This document shows positions 1 through 8,208 of a stretch of 52,753 nt of DNA, in pieces. Position 1 is the stretch's first letter, and every line of letters begins with the position of its first letter. A model generated the notes under the pieces. The model was not told the DNA's origin, made no database searches, and worked only from the letters and a program-made list of their open reading frames with translations. The translations under genes and the position numbers were made by a program. The stretch is from a virus: the IMG/VR virus record IMGVR_UViG_3300025131_000056. The stretch is one strand, 5' to 3'.

Positions 1-1
1 C

Positions 2-157
2 GGATTACAAAATGTGATCGAAAAAGAATATAGGCAAGAGCTTTATGCTACAGAAAGTCTTAAAATAGAGCATTTACTTTTCGATTTTGATAGTTTTGTA
101 GATGGTGATATTAAGAAGGCGTTTAGATTTTATAGAAAGCTGGGGAGGGATTTATAA
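2..157 (+). CDS. C-terminal part of a hypothetical protein truncated by the window edge
   Basis: Open frame from base 2 (GLQNVIEKEYRQELYATES...RFYRKLGRDL*) with no start in the window. Confidence 0.5.
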   Translation, partial: GLQNVIEKEYRQELYATESLKIEHLLFDFDSFVDGDIKKAFRFYRKLGRDL

Positions 158-303
158 TGGATTAGCTTCAATAGTTAATCAAATTATTATTTTTTCCCCA
201 TTATGTGTAATTATTTTATTTGTTTTATTTATTATTTTATTGGAAGTGGTAATTTAATATACTATTAATAATGATGAATTAGATAAAAATATGAGGTAAT
301 ATA

Positions 304-600
304 ATGTACTTATTTACTAATCAATCGGGAATTGAAGCTCAGATAGGGTATGATACTTTTTCTGAAATATTACAAGAGTTAAAGCTTGCTGGTCTTCCAA
401 ATAATATTTTTTCTAAAATTAAAGATAATGATGAAGAATATTTAAATGAAGAAGAGTGTGATATTTTATATAAATATCTTGAACCTTTATCTCAGTTACT
501 TCAAGATGAAGATGACGCTGAGTTATTGGTTGCCAGAAGGCTTGAATTTATGGCTGTTGTTTTGGCTGGAAGTCAGAATGGCGGAATGGATTGTTTATAA
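304..600 (+). CDS. Hypothetical protein
   Basis: 98 aa ORF in coding-dense + strand context. Confidence 0.6.
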   Translation: MYLFTNQSGIEAQIGYDTFSEILQELKLAGLPNNIFSKIKDNDEEYLNEEECDILYKYLEPLSQLLQDEDDAELLVARRLEFMAVVLAGSQNGGMDCL

Positions 601-612
601 AAGGATAGTAAA

Positions 613-777
613 ATGAAATGTGTTATTTGTAACTCTGAGTCTATTAAAAAATTATGTGACAATTGTAGTACAAATTATGATAATTATGATGAAGAGGCAC
701 AAAGGGGAAAGAAAAAAAGAAGGGGGCGGGATCTTGCTAGGAAGAAATCGAGGCGGAATAAAAGAGAATGGCAATGA
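613..777 (+). CDS. Small CxxC...CxxC zinc-ribbon-like protein
   Basis: Read directly: MKCVICNSESIKKLCDNCSTNYDNYDEEAQRGKKKRRGRDLARKKSRRNKREWQ*; fits better than the provided 620..823 frame. Confidence 0.6.
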   Translation: MKCVICNSESIKKLCDNCSTNYDNYDEEAQRGKKKRRGRDLARKKSRRNKREWQ

Positions 778-989
778 TAGCACTAGGAATTTTACTTCTA
801 GTTTGTATCTTTTTATATTATGAGTATAAGATCGCTACTGGAACATTACTATCTGGTATAGCAATTGTACTTTTCAGTTTCCTTTCGCCCTTGGGACATG
901 TTCAATATTTTCTATTAGAGCTTGGAGGGGTCGCAATCGTCATTGGTGGATTCCTATTTCTTCTAAAAAAACTATTCAAAAGGACTTAA
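768..989 (+). CDS. Small two-TM membrane protein
   Basis: Two hydrophobic segments in 73 aa ORF. Confidence 0.55.
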   Translation: MAMIALGILLLVCIFLYYEYKIATGTLLSGIAIVLFSFLSPLGHVQYFLLELGGVAIVIGGFLFLLKKLFKRT

Positions 990-990
990 A

Positions 991-1305
991 ATGAGCAAGA
1001 AAGCAAAAAACGAAAATAAGAAGCGACGTAGAGAGGCAAAGGCAGCTAGAAAAAAGGCCAATTATCTTAGAACTGGCCCGAAGGCTGGTCAGAGTGGTCG
1101 GCGTATGAAGAAGAGTCGATATAATTCTTTTACTCCTGGTGCTGAGAAAGGAGCACAACCTGCTCCAAAACAACTCAGTGCTCGTGGTAAAAAGAAGTTG
1201 AGTCGTAGTAAGGGTAAATCTGGCAACTTTCCTAACTTTCCTTTGAAGCCGATCAGGAAAAGATTTCATTTATCTACTTCACAAATTGCTGAACGAAGAG
1301 CATAA
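991..1305 (+). CDS. Highly basic hypothetical protein
   Basis: 104 aa, Lys/Arg-rich. Confidence 0.55.
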   Translation: MSKKAKNENKKRRREAKAARKKANYLRTGPKAGQSGRRMKKSRYNSFTPGAEKGAQPAPKQLSARGKKKLSRSKGKSGNFPNFPLKPIRKRFHLSTSQIAERRA

Positions 1306-1307
1306 TA

Positions 1308-1597
1308 ATGAATATTAATGATGGTGAAAATGTAAATATTCCAAACGCCAAAATCATTAAAGATAGAATTGTAAAAGATCTTGTTTCTGACACTGATAAG
1401 TTTCGTAAAGCCATTATTAAAAGAATTCAGAAAATGGTACAAAATAAAAATTTGAATTCACAATTTCTTTCAGTAATCAGGATGATCCATTTGGAAATGT
1501 TAGAGCCGAGTTGGTAGCTGAAGGATATATTTGTCGTTTAGAAAATGAAAATGATCCTAGAGGTGATGGAACATTTTTGATTGTATCAATTAAGTAA
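1308..1597 (+). CDS. Hypothetical protein, apparently continuing through a -1 frame change at about 1448-1454
   Basis: Frame 0 ORF 1308..1517. The -1 frame is open from the A_AAT_TTG at 1448-1454 to TAA 1595-1597, encoding ...KFEFTISFSNQDDPFGNVRAELVAEGYICRLENENDPRGDGTFLIVSIK. Confidence 0.4.
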
Positions 1598-1608
1598 CGA
1601 AATTAATG

Positions 1609-1930
1609 AGGCTATAGAATAACTTCCTTCTTTTTTTTGAATATATATTTAGTTATTCTTCTTCCCTCGTAATTAAGGGCCATATTAAATCTTCCTTCTA
1701 TTTTTTAACTATCTAGATTTAATAATTTCCCTTATCGGTGAATAGAGGCCATGTTAGAACTTCCTTCTATATTGACATTAGTTCTAATAATTTCCTCGAA
1801 ATTAAAGGCTATATAATATCTTCCTTCTAATTTTGAGATTAAAAACTTAGATATTATAATTTCCTTTTTAAGAAGCCATGTCACATCTTCCTTCTAATTT
1901 TAAAACCAAAACTAGGTTTGGCAATTTCCT
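1609..1930. repeat. Degenerate tandem repeat array, 5 units, spacing 60-69 bp
   Basis: CTTCCTTCT core at 1623, 1691, 1760, 1820 and 1887, each preceded by (G/A)(A/G)GGC(C/T)AT. Confidence 0.75.
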
Positions 1931-1951
1931 CTTTTTATTTACAAGGATAGC

Positions 1952-2224
1952 ATGATAGATTATATATTAGTAATGATTCTGAGTTCTTTATCTAAAATAT
2001 ATCCAATTGAAATGAGAATAAAATCACTCAAACTTATTTTGAAAATGGCAAAAGAAAAGAAAGATATATTTCTTTATGAAGCTATGTATGATTTTAGAAG
2101 TATTTCTAGTATCCGAAAAGAATTACAAAGATATTTATATGTTTTGGAGAATCCAAAATGTTATGTAACTCAGATTGATAATAACATAGATGAAGAAGCA
2201 TATAAAAAAATGTTTGGAGAATAA
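1952..2224 (+). CDS. Hypothetical protein
   Basis: 90 aa ORF. Confidence 0.55.
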   Translation: MIDYILVMILSSLSKIYPIEMRIKSLKLILKMAKEKKDIFLYEAMYDFRSISSIRKELQRYLYVLENPKCYVTQIDNNIDEEAYKKMFGE

Positions 2225-2235
2225 AATGAAAACAA

Positions 2236-2260
2236 TTGGAGCAATGTATTATGATTATTT
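2236..2260 (+). repeat. Exact 25-bp direct repeat, copy 1 (copy 2 at 2728-2752)
   Basis: TTGGAGCAATGTATTATGATTATTT at both positions. Confidence 0.85.
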
Positions 2261-2405
2261 TATAATTTCTTCCTTACACAGTGCGCTCAACAAAGCAACA
2301 GTGCGAAGAAGCTGCCGAAATGCTCTTTCCTGCTTGGAAAAAGATGAAAGAGCTTGGTTGTAAGGTTATTCAAGTGAAGATTATCAATATAGAGGAGTAA
2401 AGAAA

Positions 2406-2618
2406 ATGTTTAAAATGTTTAAGTCAAAAAGGCAGTTGACAGACTTCAAGATTAGACTCTTGGAGGAGGATGGTTCTACTTCTGACGTTGATTCAATGGC
2501 AGAAGCAAAACAGGCTACCAAAAAAAGAAATATATATGGTATGTATATTCCTCTTCCAAGTGGAGAAATTGTTAGTATATCAATGAATAATTATGGTCAA
2601 TATCAATTGAAGGATTGA
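2406..2618 (+). CDS. Hypothetical protein
   Basis: 70 aa ORF. Confidence 0.5.
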   Translation: MFKMFKSKRQLTDFKIRLLEEDGSTSDVDSMAEAKQATKKRNIYGMYIPLPSGEIVSISMNNYGQYQLKD

Positions 2619-2621
2619 ATT

Positions 2622-2840
2622 ATGAGATATATCTCAGTTGTTCAAATAACAAATATTTTTGGCGGAAGAAGGAATGTAGAAAAAGGAAAATATCGTTGGC
2701 GTTGGATGGCTGAGTTAATGGCAAAACTTGGAGCAATGTATTATGATTATTTTATAATACCAAAGAATACATATGTTGATGCTCCAGAATATGGCTCTGC
2801 TATTGGCATTAATTATGGCACAGTAGAAGTTGATAAATAA
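2622..2840 (+). CDS. Hypothetical protein
   Basis: 72 aa ORF; contains the second copy of the 25-bp repeat. Confidence 0.45.
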   Translation: MRYISVVQITNIFGGRRNVEKGKYRWRWMAELMAKLGAMYYDYFIIPKNTYVDAPEYGSAIGINYGTVEVDK

Positions 2841-3052
2841 TGTATAGAGGAAATCTGGAAGCTGCGATTGATAGAATAACTGCCTTAGAAAAAGAAAATG
2901 CTCAGTTGCGAAAGAATACAAAGCCGCCAAATGTTATTGATAATTATTTCATAGAAGAGATTAAAAGACTTAAAAAAATAATTAAAACAAATACAACGGT
3001 TTGCTCTTATTGCCATAGTAAAATTAATTATGTGGTAAGCCAGTTAAATTAA
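2840..3052 (+). CDS. Hypothetical protein, coiled coil plus CxxC
   Basis: 70 aa ORF starting at the upstream stop. Confidence 0.5.
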   Translation: MYRGNLEAAIDRITALEKENAQLRKNTKPPNVIDNYFIEEIKRLKKIIKTNTTVCSYCHSKINYVVSQLN

Positions 3053-3162
3053 TTAAACAAATTGATGGTACGGTAGAAGCAAAGTTTGAATAAAGATTGA
3101 CAAATAATAAAAAAGAAATAATAAAAAAGAAATAATATATAAGTAACTCTTAAGAGTTATAA

Positions 3163-3235
3163 TCGGGTGTAGATCAACTGGTAGATCGTCTGGTTTTGGT
3201 CCAGAAGGTTGAGGGTTCAATTCCTTCCACCCGAA
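3163..3235 (+). tRNA. tRNA-Gln(TTG)
   Basis: Acceptor TCGGGTG/CACCCGA, anticodon arm TCTGG-TTTTGGT-CCAGA, T-loop GTTCAATTC; no encoded CCA. Confidence 0.9.
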
Positions 3236-3302
3236 TAAATCATAGTTTTAATTAGTTATATAATTTCTATCAATATTACTTCATTAGTACAGAACACTAC
3301 TA

Positions 3303-4022
3303 ATGGAGGTTCGAATGAGAAATTATACAGACGAAGATATTAAAGAAGCAGTAAAAGAAAGTACTAATTTAGCAGTGGCATTAGAAAAAATAGGATTGCG
3401 GGCTGCTGGTGGAAATTACAGAACTTTACATTCTCATATTAAAAGACTTAATTTAAATATTGATCATTTTATTATTAAAAGAGGACATAAAAAACATATA
3501 CCACTTAATGAAATATTAGTTAAAAATTCTACTTATAAAAATAGAGCTTGTTTAAAAAAAAGACTAATAGAAGAAAAACTATTAACATACAAATGTAATA
3601 ATTGTGAAATTAAAAATTGGGATAATAAACCATTAACTTTACAAATGGATCATATTAATGGAATTTATAATGATAATAGGATAAAAAATATTCAATTGCT
3701 TTGTCCAAACTGTCATTCACAAACAGAAACTTTTGCAGGAAGAAATCAGAGTCATAAGGGCGGGATAGCAAAATATTATAAAGATCCAAAATATACTGGA
3801 TTTTGTAAGGATTGTAAACAAAAATTGAGTTCTCGTTCTATAAGATGTATGAATTGTTCTAATAAAAAACAGCAAAAAATCAAATGGCCCTCAGTAAACA
3901 AATTAATTGAGATGCTTTCTGAATCAAATTTTTATGCTCTTGGTAAAAAATTGGGTGTTAGTGATAATGCTATAAGGAAGTATCTTGAAAGAAGGGGCAT
4001 TAATCCTAAAACTTTAAAATAA
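3303..4022 (+). CDS. HNH endonuclease (homing type); start may be 3315
   Basis: CNNCEIKNW...LQMDHINGIYNDNRIKNIQLLCPNCHSQTETFAGRN HNH motif; additional C-terminal zinc-ribbon cysteines. Confidence 0.85.
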   Translation: MEVRMRNYTDEDIKEAVKESTNLAVALEKIGLRAAGGNYRTLHSHIKRLNLNIDHFIIKRGHKKHIPLNEILVKNSTYKNRACLKKRLIEEKLLTYKCNNCEIKNWDNKPLTLQMDHINGIYNDNRIKNIQLLCPNCHSQTETFAGRNQSHKGGIAKYYKDPKYTGFCKDCKQKLSSRSIRCMNCSNKKQQKIKWPSVNKLIEMLSESNFYALGKKLGVSDNAIRKYLERRGINPKTLK

Positions 4023-4113
4023 TTAGTCGGAGTTCATCTAATTGGCAAGGATGAGTCGCTTTGACCGAATCAAATATCAAATCATTATTAAACTTTATCC
4101 ATGGAGAAAATAA

Positions 4114-4404
4114 ATGGCATTGTTAATTAAGGTAGACGGAACACAAGAAGAAGTTAATGGTAAGAACGATGATGGTTCTTTTATTTTGGATCAACTTAAG
4201 GGCGCAATTGGTGGAGGCTATATTGAAGTTGTAGCATGTGATCCGAAAGTAACAGGTGGATATTCTTGTTTTGTTTGTGATGAAGAGGGTAAATTGAAAC
4301 AATTTCCAGCTAATGAAAGGGCCACTGAACTTTCTACATACACTTCTGCTTTCGATGTAGTTTGTGGAGATGTTCTTTTTTGTAAAGAAGAGGAAATTGT
4401 TTAG
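4114..4404 (+). CDS. Hypothetical protein
   Basis: 96 aa ORF. Confidence 0.6.
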   Translation: MALLIKVDGTQEEVNGKNDDGSFILDQLKGAIGGGYIEVVACDPKVTGGYSCFVCDEEGKLKQFPANERATELSTYTSAFDVVCGDVLFCKEEEIV

Positions 4405-4435
4405 GAAAATTTGAGAATAGAATAGGATAGAAACA

Positions 4436-4834
4436 ATGTTACAAAAGCTTCTTACGGGCAAAATTGTAGTACAGGTTAAAGTCCAGGATGAAATAGAACA
4501 ACTTACTAAAGAATTTATTAAACATGGATTTGACTGGTATGGTGGAATCTTATTTCAAATGGATGAGCTAGATATAGCAGAATACTTGGCAAAATCAGGA
4601 ATTTGTATAGGTATTTATTCTTATAAGGGGCGGGTTTACAAATCTCTTGTTTTTTCTGATATAGATTATGCTGTAAGTTTACAAGAAGAAGTTATATCCT
4701 TTAATAAAGCAATGGAAATATTTCAAAATTCTTCTCAAGATAATTACTGTACTTGTGGTGGACCAGAGAAAGAGCATATTGGATTTAATAGTAGAACAAT
4801 GATTTGTTCTCTGTGTGGCAAGGATAAAAAATGA
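4436..4834 (+). CDS. Hypothetical protein with C-terminal CxCGGPEKE...CxxCGKDKK module
   Basis: C-term NYCTCGGPEKEHIGFNSRTMICSLCGKDKK. Confidence 0.65.
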   Translation: MLQKLLTGKIVVQVKVQDEIEQLTKEFIKHGFDWYGGILFQMDELDIAEYLAKSGICIGIYSYKGRVYKSLVFSDIDYAVSLQEEVISFNKAMEIFQNSSQDNYCTCGGPEKEHIGFNSRTMICSLCGKDKK

Positions 4835-5211
4835 TTCCAGAATATGGGAGAATTGTTAAACTTAATGGAGAATTTGTAGAACTTTATAACAAGTTACATC
4901 CGAGAACTATATGGACACAGAAATTTAGGGGAAGGGAGCTTCATATTACTAGCGTTTTTAGATCTTCTGCCAATTTTTCTCTAGTGTCTTTTCGTCCAAA
5001 AGGCGACAGAGATGATATTTTTAGTATATATACTTTACATGATGGAAGATGTAAGGAGACCAAACTTGAAGTTTTTGATTTAGTAGAAGGTATAAGGCAA
5101 GAAAGCCATTCAAATAGTAATTATTGTACTTGTGGTGGACCAGAGAAAGAATATGTTGGGTTTAATAGTAGAACAATAATCTGTGCTAATTGTGGCAAGG
5201 ATAAAAAATAA
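4831..5211 (+). CDS. Hypothetical protein with the same C-terminal module
   Basis: C-term NYCTCGGPEKEYVGFNSRTIICANCGKDKK; overlaps upstream stop. Confidence 0.65.
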   Translation: MIPEYGRIVKLNGEFVELYNKLHPRTIWTQKFRGRELHITSVFRSSANFSLVSFRPKGDRDDIFSIYTLHDGRCKETKLEVFDLVEGIRQESHSNSNYCTCGGPEKEYVGFNSRTIICANCGKDKK

Positions 5212-5585
5212 TGATATTAAGTCGTATTCAAATTAAAAATTCTCCTATTCATGGTTTAGGAGCTTTTATTACTTCTGACGAGAAAGAAGGAGTAGTTCTT
5301 CCTGATAATCTTCCTGATGAGGCATATCATCTTAGACATTATAGTCAGGCGAAAGATAATATGTCAGCTATGCGTTTGGATTATCAATTATTTTTGGTAC
5401 ATGATTTTGGACATGGTGCTTCATGGCAAGATTATTTAAATCATTCTAATAATGCAAATGCTTTTTATAATATCGACGGAGAATTAGAATTATCATGTCC
5501 AGTTTCTAAGGGAGAAGAGTTGACACTTAATTATTATGATAGTGGCTTTGATATTAATTATAAACCATATCCGCCTGGAAAATGA
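5211..5585 (+). CDS. SET-domain protein (lysine methyltransferase-like)
   Basis: SPIHGLGAFI, NHSNNAN and GEELTLNYY match the SET SxIHGxGxFA / NHS / GEELxxxY signatures. Confidence 0.78.
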   Translation: MILSRIQIKNSPIHGLGAFITSDEKEGVVLPDNLPDEAYHLRHYSQAKDNMSAMRLDYQLFLVHDFGHGASWQDYLNHSNNANAFYNIDGELELSCPVSKGEELTLNYYDSGFDINYKPYPPGK

Positions 5586-5594
5586 AATAGGAGA

Positions 5595-5870
5595 TTGATA
5601 ATGATGGAGTCTAATACAATGACTTTTGAATTAGAAAAAATAAATTCATCTAATATAGAAATAGAATCAGTTACAATAAATTCATCTAATATTGGATGGA
5701 TTATTAATACTGGTTTTCACTATGTAGGATATTATATTTATCCAGCAAATCATAGAACAACTCCTGGTATTGGACTATCTTTTGCTTTTCGCAATAAGTC
5801 TGCTGCTGAAAATTGGTTTAAAATATTATATGGAGAAGATAAAGGCTATTGGGAATCTATAGATAAATAA
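5595..5870 (+). CDS. Hypothetical protein
   Basis: 91 aa ORF. Confidence 0.55.
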   Translation: MIMMESNTMTFELEKINSSNIEIESVTINSSNIGWIINTGFHYVGYYIYPANHRTTPGIGLSFAFRNKSAAENWFKILYGEDKGYWESIDK

Positions 5871-5880
5871 TTTTTATAAC

Positions 5881-5954
5881 GGTGAATGAAGCCGATTTGG
5901 AATGGCGCTGCGCTGTGAACGCAGTAAGAGCAGGTTCGAATCCTGTCATTCACC
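5881..5954 (+). tRNA. tRNA-His(GTG) with encoded extra 5' G (G-1:C73)
   Basis: GGTGAATG/CATTCACC 8-bp acceptor, anticodon arm CTGCG-CTGTGAA-CGCAG, T-loop GTTCGAATC. Confidence 0.9.
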
Positions 5955-5978
5955 CTAATTTTTGAGAAAGGTAATTTC

Positions 5979-6173
5979 ATGAATCCTGTATGTGTAAAGT
6001 GTAATAAGGAAATGGTTTGTTCTAAAACTGGATATGTTGTTGGTCTTAAATCAACTGGATTATTATTTCATGGAGATAAATATAAATGTTCTAGTTGTGG
6101 TTCAGAATTTGTTAAGGGATTTGGTGAAGGATATAGAAATGAAAATATTAAACCTGATATTTGGGTAGAGTAA
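5979..6173 (+). CDS. Zinc-ribbon protein
   Basis: CVKCNKEM...CSSCGSEF. Confidence 0.6.
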   Translation: MNPVCVKCNKEMVCSKTGYVVGLKSTGLLFHGDKYKCSSCGSEFVKGFGEGYRNENIKPDIWVE

Positions 6174-6174
6174 T

Positions 6175-6546
6175 ATGTTATTTTTAGGAATTCTTTTTAT
6201 TGTTGCGGCACTAACTAGTTTTTATTTTGCTTCCTTAATGAAATCAGAAAAACTTATACATCCCGAAAGGCATGATGGACATCCTTATAGAGAGAATAAT
6301 TTAAAAGAGTTTATAAAAAGGAATCCTAATAAAAAAGTTTTAACTTATGTTGGTATCTTTTTTGTTGTAGTAGGTATGGGGTTGATTTATACTGGGCTTG
6401 AAATAAAAGGATCTATTGTTATTAATATAAATTCAGAACATAGTGATTTGTTAAAAAAATCTACTAAACAAACAACTATAGAAAGAGATATTTGTTTAGG
6501 AAAGTTATCTGTTTGGGAGCAAGCATACGGGAAACCTCAGCCATAA
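6175..6546 (+). CDS. Membrane protein
   Basis: Two hydrophobic segments. Confidence 0.55.
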   Translation: MLFLGILFIVAALTSFYFASLMKSEKLIHPERHDGHPYRENNLKEFIKRNPNKKVLTYVGIFFVVVGMGLIYTGLEIKGSIVININSEHSDLLKKSTKQTTIERDICLGKLSVWEQAYGKPQP

Positions 6547-6557
6547 AGGAGAAAAAA

Positions 6558-6908
6558 ATGTCACGTTCTACTCAGTTCATTGGTCTTACAAATGAAGCGG
6601 CAGAATATGTGAAAAATCTAAAAGAGCTGCCTTCGGATACCTTCACTCATGGAATGTTCGATGAAAAAATTGAATTAAGGAAGTGGGAAATACCAAAAGA
6701 ATTTATGTCATCGGAAAGGCCGAATGCTTGTATTCGTGAAGTTGTTCAAGCAAGCCCTTGGTCTTCTGGACCAATGATTTTTACTTGCCTAACATTACAT
6801 TTTGGTAATTGTATACCAGAACATAATGGTATGAATATTCTTCAATGGGTAGATGATCCTAGAGTAAAAGGGGAAGTTGATCAAGAAAACGGAAAGTTTT
6901 GGGTTTAG
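6558..6908 (+). CDS. Hypothetical protein (internal start of ORF 6492..6908)
   Basis: Start preceded by AAGGAG; MSRSTQFIGLTNEAAEYV... Confidence 0.55.
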   Translation: MSRSTQFIGLTNEAAEYVKNLKELPSDTFTHGMFDEKIELRKWEIPKEFMSSERPNACIREVVQASPWSSGPMIFTCLTLHFGNCIPEHNGMNILQWVDDPRVKGEVDQENGKFWV

Positions 6909-6915
6909 TTACTTG

Positions 6916-6954
6916 GGTAGGGGATAGCCCCTACCTTTAGTACGTAGGAGGAAC
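6916..6954 (+). promoter_or_regulatory. Intergenic hairpin followed by CCTTTAGTACGTAGGAGGAAC leader motif
   Basis: Perfect GGTAGGGG-ATAG-CCCCTACC; downstream motif recurs near 52656. Confidence 0.5.
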
Positions 6955-6957
6955 AAA

Positions 6958-7062
6958 ATGGATATTAAATTCTTAATTCAAAAAGTTTCATATCATCATA
7001 TGGGAATAAATTATCTTTGTCAATTTATTGATTATATTGATATGTTTAGTTTACTTATATAG
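6958..7062 (+). CDS. Small hypothetical peptide (34 aa)
   Basis: MDIKFLIQKVSYHHMGINYLCQFIDYIDMFSLLI* with GGAGG upstream. Confidence 0.35.
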   Translation: MDIKFLIQKVSYHHMGINYLCQFIDYIDMFSLLI

Positions 7063-7064
7063 AT

Positions 7065-7135
7065 GGCATTATGGCCGAGGGGCTAGGCACAGGTCTGCAA
7101 AACCTGGTACGCTAGTTCGAATCTAGCTAATGCCT
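7065..7135 (+). tRNA. tRNA-Cys(GCA)
   Basis: GGCATTA/TAATGCC, anticodon arm CAGGT-CTGCAAA-ACCTG, T-loop GTTCGAATC. Confidence 0.9.
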
Positions 7136-7138
7136 TCT

Positions 7139-7224
7139 AGAAGGATGGCCGAGTTGGTTTAAGGTGCCCGTCTGCTAAATGGGTGTGGGTTTACTCACCG
7201 AGGGTTCGAATCCCTCTCCTTCTG
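7139..7224 (+). tRNA. tRNA-Ser(GCT)
   Basis: AGAAGGA/TCCTTCT, anticodon arm CCCGT-CTGCTAA-ATGGG, long variable arm, T-loop GTTCGAATC. Confidence 0.9.
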
Positions 7225-7267
7225 ACAACAATTTTTATAAATTATTCTTATATTTTTAAGGATTATT

Positions 7268-7576
7268 ATGAGCAGGATGAAAATATTACTTATTATTTTA
7301 ATAAGTATTTTAGTTTTAAATGTATTGGATGCAATATTTACAACATATTGGGTTGGTGTAAAGAACGTAGAAGAAGCTAATCCTTTGATGCAGGAGCTTG
7401 TTAGATATCCTATAATTTTTGTAACCACAAAAATTTCACTTGTTTCTTTATGTTTGTATTTATTATGGTTACAGAGTAAAAAGAAATTTGTAGTAGTTAT
7501 GTCTGGCAGCATATTAATTTTCGTTGTTTTAATTGGAGTATTTTGTTATCATGTCTGGGGTTTTTTAAATATTTAA
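7268..7576 (+). CDS. Multi-TM membrane protein
   Basis: 102 aa with three hydrophobic helices. Confidence 0.6.
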   Translation: MSRMKILLIILISILVLNVLDAIFTTYWVGVKNVEEANPLMQELVRYPIIFVTTKISLVSLCLYLLWLQSKKKFVVVMSGSILIFVVLIGVFCYHVWGFLNI

Positions 7577-7587
7577 AGGAAGATAAA

Positions 7588-8208
7588 ATGATTCATCTCG
7601 CAACAAAAATTCCGCATAAAGTTTATGTTGGTCTTTCCGGTGGCTCAGATAGTATGGCGGCACTTGATTTTGTTTTTAATAGGGGAAAAAGGGAAGTAAT
7701 AGCATTAAATTTTAATCATGGAACTAAGTTTGGAAAAGAATCAGAAATCTTCTTAAAACTCTATTGTGAAAAAAGAAATATCCCATTAATTACTGGGAAA
7801 ATTACTAGAAAGAGGATGGCAAAAGAGAGTCCTGAAGAATATTGGAGAAATGAAAGATATCATTTCTTTTCAAAGTTTTCTGATGCTCCGATTGTTTTAG
7901 CTCATACTTTAGATGATGCAATTGAAACTTGGATTTTTACTTCCATCCATGGTAACCCAAAATTAATTCCTATTAAAAGTGGCAATGTTATTCGTCCATT
8001 TATCACCACAAGTAAGAAGAAGTTAGTCAACTGGTGTAAAAAACATAATGTTCCTCATATGGAGGACCAATCAAACTTTAACTTAAAATATCCAAGAGTT
8101 AGGATCCGTCTTAATATTGTCCCTTCAGTATTAAAAATTAATCCTGGGATTGGAAAAGTAATTAGAAAAAAGTATTTAGAATTAGATAGGAGGATGAAAA
8201 GAAAATGA
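7588..8208 (+). CDS. PP-loop ATPase, tRNA(Ile)-lysidine synthase-like
   Basis: VYVGLSGGSDSMAAL PP-loop, NFNHG, RNERYHFF, AHTLDDAIET, IRPF, EDQSNFNLKYPRVRIRLNIVP match TilS-type spacing; internal start of ORF 7543..8208. Confidence 0.8.
   Translation: MIHLATKIPHKVYVGLSGGSDSMAALDFVFNRGKREVIALNFNHGTKFGKESEIFLKLYCEKRNIPLITGKITRKRMAKESPEEYWRNERYHFFSKFSDAPIVLAHTLDDAIETWIFTSIHGNPKLIPIKSGNVIRPFITTSKKKLVNWCKKHNVPHMEDQSNFNLKYPRVRIRLNIVPSVLKINPGIGKVIRKKYLELDRRMKRK

Noticed and set aside
620-823. ORF 620..823
   Set aside because: GTG-initiated frame overlapping a better ATG-initiated zinc-ribbon ORF (613..777) and the next gene.
976-1269. Minus-strand ORFs in the provided track (e.g. 976-1269, 9498-9887, 24173-24421, 42342-42557)
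   Set aside because: They lie antisense to well-supported + strand genes, have low-complexity or hydrophobic translations typical of AT-rich antisense frames, and show no recognizable motifs.
1609-1930. CRISPR array
   Set aside because: Repeats are degenerate, the conserved cores are short and spacing varies (60-69 bp); no cas genes are present.
3097-3135. Promoter upstream of tRNA-Gln
   Set aside because: TTGACA at 3097-3102 is present but no convincing -10 box at 16-18 bp spacing.
4023-4095. Complete tRNA gene after the HNH ORF
   Set aside because: Only D-arm-like and anticodon-arm-like parts are visible; no matching acceptor or T-arm, so reported only as a possible remnant.
7183-7380. 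ORF 7183..7380
   Set aside because: Starts inside the tRNA-Ser gene and overlaps the membrane protein ORF 7268..7576.
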